Part shown: in pieces, positions 60,858 to 64,000 of the stretch | How positions within the stretch are numbered: position 1 is the first letter of the stretch | How the letters are laid out: every line of letters begins with the position of its first letter | Source of the DNA: a virus | Lineage: Duplodnaviria; Caudoviricetes | IMG/VR virus record: IMGVR_UViG_2912874417_000004 | Location: 1-64,000 of that record | Reading direction: 5' to 3' (one strand) | DNA: 64,000 bases | Made by a program: the position numbers and the translations under genes | Notes under the pieces: model-generated | Told to the model about the DNA's origin: nothing | The model's input: the letters and a program-made list of their open reading frames with translations, nothing else | Database searches by the model: none

Positions 60858-62207
60858 TTAAACAACAGCAATTTCATCATAAAACATTCGCTTAAGTTTC
60901 TTCTTCATAATATTCTTTAGTTGATTCTCATTATTTTGTCTTCCTAATTCTTCAAACACTCTTCCGCTTTTACTAAAGTCAATCGTATTAAGGATATTTT
61001 CAAGCTTGTTTAGTTCTACATTGTTTTCCTTCATCTTCTTGGCCAAATAAACATAACCGTAAAACATTACGTTATGATTAATGTATGATTGCTTTCTAAT
61101 GGACGATAAATCATCTTCAAGAAATTCGTCTGGGAAGGCATAAAAAAGGTTATCAAAAAAGTCTACCAAGTATTTCGCAATTTTCAACGCATCTTTTCGA
61201 GATTTCAGCTCAAATGCATCGTCTACAGCTTCTGATAAAGTATAATATGTTACAAGGAAATTGCTATCGATACCAATTTCACTTTGTGGGCTTATTTTAT
61301 TTTTAAGTTCACTTTTAAATTTCAGCTGCTCGACAACGGTTGAAGAATACCGTTTTTGTCCCAATTCTTCAATTCTGGATTTTTCAACTGGGTTTATGGT
61401 ATTCATTTGAGCAAAGTGAACCTTAGCCTTTTCTTCATCGTAATTGAGCACATTTAAAATGAATGGTTGATCTAATTCAGGGACTTCAGCAATGGCCTTA
61501 ACAATACCTGAAATTCGATGATATCCATCAAGAGCATCTAATAAGGTTCCTCGTGTTACAGTGAGGGTTTGGTCGCTTGGATCATATTCAACTTCTTCAT
61601 CACCATCAGATGTTCCAAGACGAGCGTTAAAAGTTAACATTGATACAATTAAATCGCCTTTAATAAACAATTCTTTGATCTCGTCAACTGATTTAGGGTT
61701 TGTTTTAGGTACAGGGATAAGGCTGCCCTTAATGTATTTTCCTTCACGCTGAGTATTGTAATTGTACTGCAGGATGGAGCTATTATATAACTCACTAAGT
61801 TCCTTGGCAGTAATGGAAGTGACATAGTTATCCTCTTTAATTTTAATCACATTTTTGAACTTGTATGGTAGCTTAACTACTTCTTCACCGGCGAATACTC
61901 TCCCACCTTCAAGCTCTTTTGCCAATCTGGTTGGAAAATAATTTGAGGGATCTAAAGCTGGAGCCCCAAGAATTGAATACATCTCTTTTGAAACAATGTA
62001 CACTTCTTTTTCGTTTAAACGCTGTACGTTGTTATCATTATTATTTAAAATTTCTTGGATATAACCAGGGAGTGCCTTGTATTTGTCCGCCATTGTGGCT
62101 TTTAATTCCTTCACCATATTGGAATCACTTTTAATATCAATAAGATTTTTCTCTATTTCAGTTTTTAACTTATAAAGTTTATCCGTTGTTAACAAAACTT
62201 CAGACAC
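60858..62207 (-). CDS. yopQ: YopQ/SroE, ParB/DndB-like (DGQHR-type) protein
   Basis: TQR, LDGYHR and FAQMN motifs; position in the operon. Confidence 0.8.
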   Translation of the reverse strand: MSEVLLTTDKLYKLKTEIEKNLIDIKSDSNMVKELKATMADKYKALPGYIQEILNNNDNNVQRLNEKEVYIVSKEMYSILGAPALDPSNYFPTRLAKELEGGRVFAGEEVVKLPYKFKNVIKIKEDNYVTSITAKELSELYNSSILQYNYNTQREGKYIKGSLIPVPKTNPKSVDEIKELFIKGDLIVSMLTFNARLGTSDGDEEVEYDPSDQTLTVTRGTLLDALDGYHRISGIVKAIAEVPELDQPFILNVLNYDEEKAKVHFAQMNTINPVEKSRIEELGQKRYSSTVVEQLKFKSELKNKISPQSEIGIDSNFLVTYYTLSEAVDDAFELKSRKDALKIAKYLVDFFDNLFYAFPDEFLEDDLSSIRKQSYINHNVMFYGYVYLAKKMKENNVELNKLENILNTIDFSKSGRVFEELGRQNNENQLKNIMKKKLKRMFYDEIAVV

Positions 62208-62283
62208 ATTATCACCTCACATAATCATATTAAATTTATCATTATTTTCATAAGCAAGTAAAGCTTTTATATGACTATTTGTA

Positions 62284-63342
62284 TCATTTGTTCAAAAACA
62301 TTTTAAGTTTATTCTGTATATACATGTCTGATTTTAAAAAGAATTCTTTATATTGCTCTAAGGCAACATCGTCTAAAAAGGACATGTCTTCTTTTTGATC
62401 AACCAAAACCCCTGGATCTTGAGAATAATCCCTTTCATTGACTAAATAATGATCATTTAAAGTATTGATATTGCTGTGGCCAGAGAACGCTGCCACTTTT
62501 TTAATATCACCATTAACGCTGTAAGAAAAGTTTGTTGCAGTATTGCGTAAACTATGCGGAGTTATCTTTCTTTCTTTGGGAATACCCATAACTCTACATA
62601 CGCGATTCCACATATCCTGTATTGAATCAACTGTTAACTTATGAAATAACAGTTCATGCTCCCCATACTCTTGCTTTAACAGCAACAACTCTTCATAAAA
62701 AGCAGTGGAAATCCCAACTGGCCTAGCCTTTTTTTGCTTAGTTTTTTTAAAGTTGACGAGATAGCATTGGTGCTTTTCTGAATAAGTAATATCATCCCAC
62801 CCAACTCTAAGCACCTCTGATTTACGCCCACCAGTACGTGCACTAAACAAAATAAACATCTTTTTCATTAATCTGTTCTGACGCTCAGTAACATAAGCTG
62901 CCTCAGCAAACTCATCAGCTTCCGATATTCCTTCAAAAGACCCTGCTGGGTTCTTTTCTGTCGGAAGAGGTCTAAAATTAAATACAGATGAATCACACTC
63001 ATGTTCAGATTCAAGATACTTAATCATGCTTTTCAGTGCGGCAATCTTATTGTTAATTGTTGAATTGGAGTTGCTTTTATTTTTAGCCAAATGGGTTCGA
63101 TAATCATACAGGTCGCTCTTCTTGATCGCCAGGTCACTCTCAGTTAAATATTCAATATCCTTGGCAGCATAGTGGTTGAAAAACTCTCTTATATGCCTTT
63201 CATACGTGGCTCTAGTATTAGACTTTTCAATTTCTCCAGTTTCTCGATCCCTGTTTCTTAAATCTAATTCATCAAACCACCTATTTATGTTATTGTATAT
63301 TGAATAATCCCTTAGTGTTGACGCTTTCTTTTGAGCTTCCAT
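62284..63342 (-). CDS. yopP: YopP/SroD tyrosine recombinase
   Basis: TGGRKSE, KTKQK, PHSLR, SGHS and DHY give the full R-K-H-R-H-Y set. Confidence 0.88.
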   Translation of the reverse strand: MEAQKKASTLRDYSIYNNINRWFDELDLRNRDRETGEIEKSNTRATYERHIREFFNHYAAKDIEYLTESDLAIKKSDLYDYRTHLAKNKSNSNSTINNKIAALKSMIKYLESEHECDSSVFNFRPLPTEKNPAGSFEGISEADEFAEAAYVTERQNRLMKKMFILFSARTGGRKSEVLRVGWDDITYSEKHQCYLVNFKKTKQKKARPVGISTAFYEELLLLKQEYGEHELLFHKLTVDSIQDMWNRVCRVMGIPKERKITPHSLRNTATNFSYSVNGDIKKVAAFSGHSNINTLNDHYLVNERDYSQDPGVLVDQKEDMSFLDDVALEQYKEFFLKSDMYIQNKLKMFLNK

Positions 63343-63351
63343 AATGACACC

Positions 63352-63516
63352 TCATATCATTTTTTTCATTAAGTATTGATCAAATTCTTTCCATGCAACA
63401 ATCCATTCATTTTCCCCTTCAATATTACTCAGCAGCATTAAATTGGCGTTACAGATTTCAATTTGCTTTAGCATGTCGTATTCTTTAAGAGCGTTAATTA
63501 AAATGTCTGTATTCAT
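63352..63516 (-). CDS. 54-aa protein in the sro operon
   Basis: Not in the track: MNTDILINALKEYDMLKQIEICNANLMLLSNIEGENEWIVAWKEFDQYLMKKMI. Confidence 0.6.
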   Translation of the reverse strand: MNTDILINALKEYDMLKQIEICNANLMLLSNIEGENEWIVAWKEFDQYLMKKMI

Positions 63517-63554
63517 TTTATCACACCTAATTTATTTTTATCCTATAATAAAAT

Positions 63555-63809
63555 TCAGTTTAGGACATTTACCCTTTCGTCCTTACAGACGTTTATAATT
63601 GGCATCCCCGTCAATTCCTCATAAAGCTCCTCTTCGAACCCAACCCATTCATCACTTGTCGCTTCTCTTCGTAAGAACTCATTATAAGCAACTGCTATCT
63701 CAGGCTGCTCTAGAAACTTCAAAACGATCATATGCTTTTTCCAAACTTTAGCCTTGTTTTCTTCTGTATAATATTTATTATTCATTTTATTTTTACTCCT
63801 TAAATACAT
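63555..63809 (-). CDS. yopM: YopM-like protein (likely start MNNKYY)
   Basis: MNNKYYTEENKAKVWKKHMIVLKFLEQP matches my recollection of SPbeta YopM; position at the head of the sro operon. Confidence 0.65.
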   Translation of the reverse strand: MYLRSKNKMNNKYYTEENKAKVWKKHMIVLKFLEQPEIAVAYNEFLRREATSDEWVGFEEELYEELTGMPIINVCKDERVNVLN

Positions 63810-64000
63810 TTTATTGAATTCTTTTGTTCTTTAATAAGGTTATATTCTTTATGATTTTTTCTCATTGTAGTTACATTATTAGGTGTAAACACATCTGGAT
63901 CCTCTAGGTGGAGATTGACTCGTGTGAAGTTCTTTAGTTGTTTTATGTATTGATATTGTCTTAATGATGTAATCTTCAACTCTTCCTTTTGAGTGGCACT

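Larger units (their letters stand above)
1441..64000 (-). mobile_element. SPbeta-like prophage, arm with early, replication and repression genes (continues beyond window)
   Basis: Collinear yot-yos-yor-yoq-yop gene order of SPbeta, low GC, co-oriented genes, junction inside pbuX. Confidence 0.97.

Noticed and set aside
248-62134. Most short plus-strand or nested ORFs in the track (e.g. 662-883, 10107-10628, 29621-29986, 46919-47398)
   Set aside because: They are antisense or off-frame shadows of well-supported genes, with no RBS or recognisable motifs.
62284-63342. YopP as the prophage integrase for pbuX
   Set aside because: It lies about 61 kb from att inside the repression operon, and SPbeta-like phages use a terminal serine recombinase.
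63810-64000. Arbitrium aimR/aimP/aimX genes
   Set aside because: They are expected just beyond the window end, but none is identifiable in the sequence given.

Overview
The window holds about 1.4 kb of Bacillus chromosome, then about 62.5 kb of one arm of an SPbeta-like prophage. The host part has an LCI-like secreted peptide gene and the 3' part of the xanthine permease gene pbuX, which suggests the B. subtilis/amyloliquefaciens group. The prophage is inserted inside pbuX (junction ~1440) and is almost all on the minus strand. In order it carries: an RDF candidate, a RecU-like resolvase, yot/yos-type accessory genes, dfrA-thyA, uninterrupted nrdI-nrdE-nrdF plus thioredoxin, a Prs-like + Nampt-like pair (NARP1-type NAD+ reconstitution), the yorE-yorL replication operon, yorA/pghZ, SRAP + ligB, a trifunctional kinase-phosphatase-RNA ligase, and the yopM/P/Q/R(MrpR)/S repression module. 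The main unexplained signal is a 16-bp dyad, TRAAA-N6-TTTYA, with a different spacer in every copy. I found 21 exact and 4 one-mismatch copies by eye. Nearly all sit at junctions between accessory genes (stop codon, site, RBS), and I saw none in the gaps of the core replication and nrd operons. The phage also encodes a tyrosine recombinase (YopP) with an intact catalytic residue set. Together these suggest an integron- or dif-module-like gene-cassette system; this is inference, not demonstrated. All calls come from reading the sequence and recalling motifs; no searches were run.
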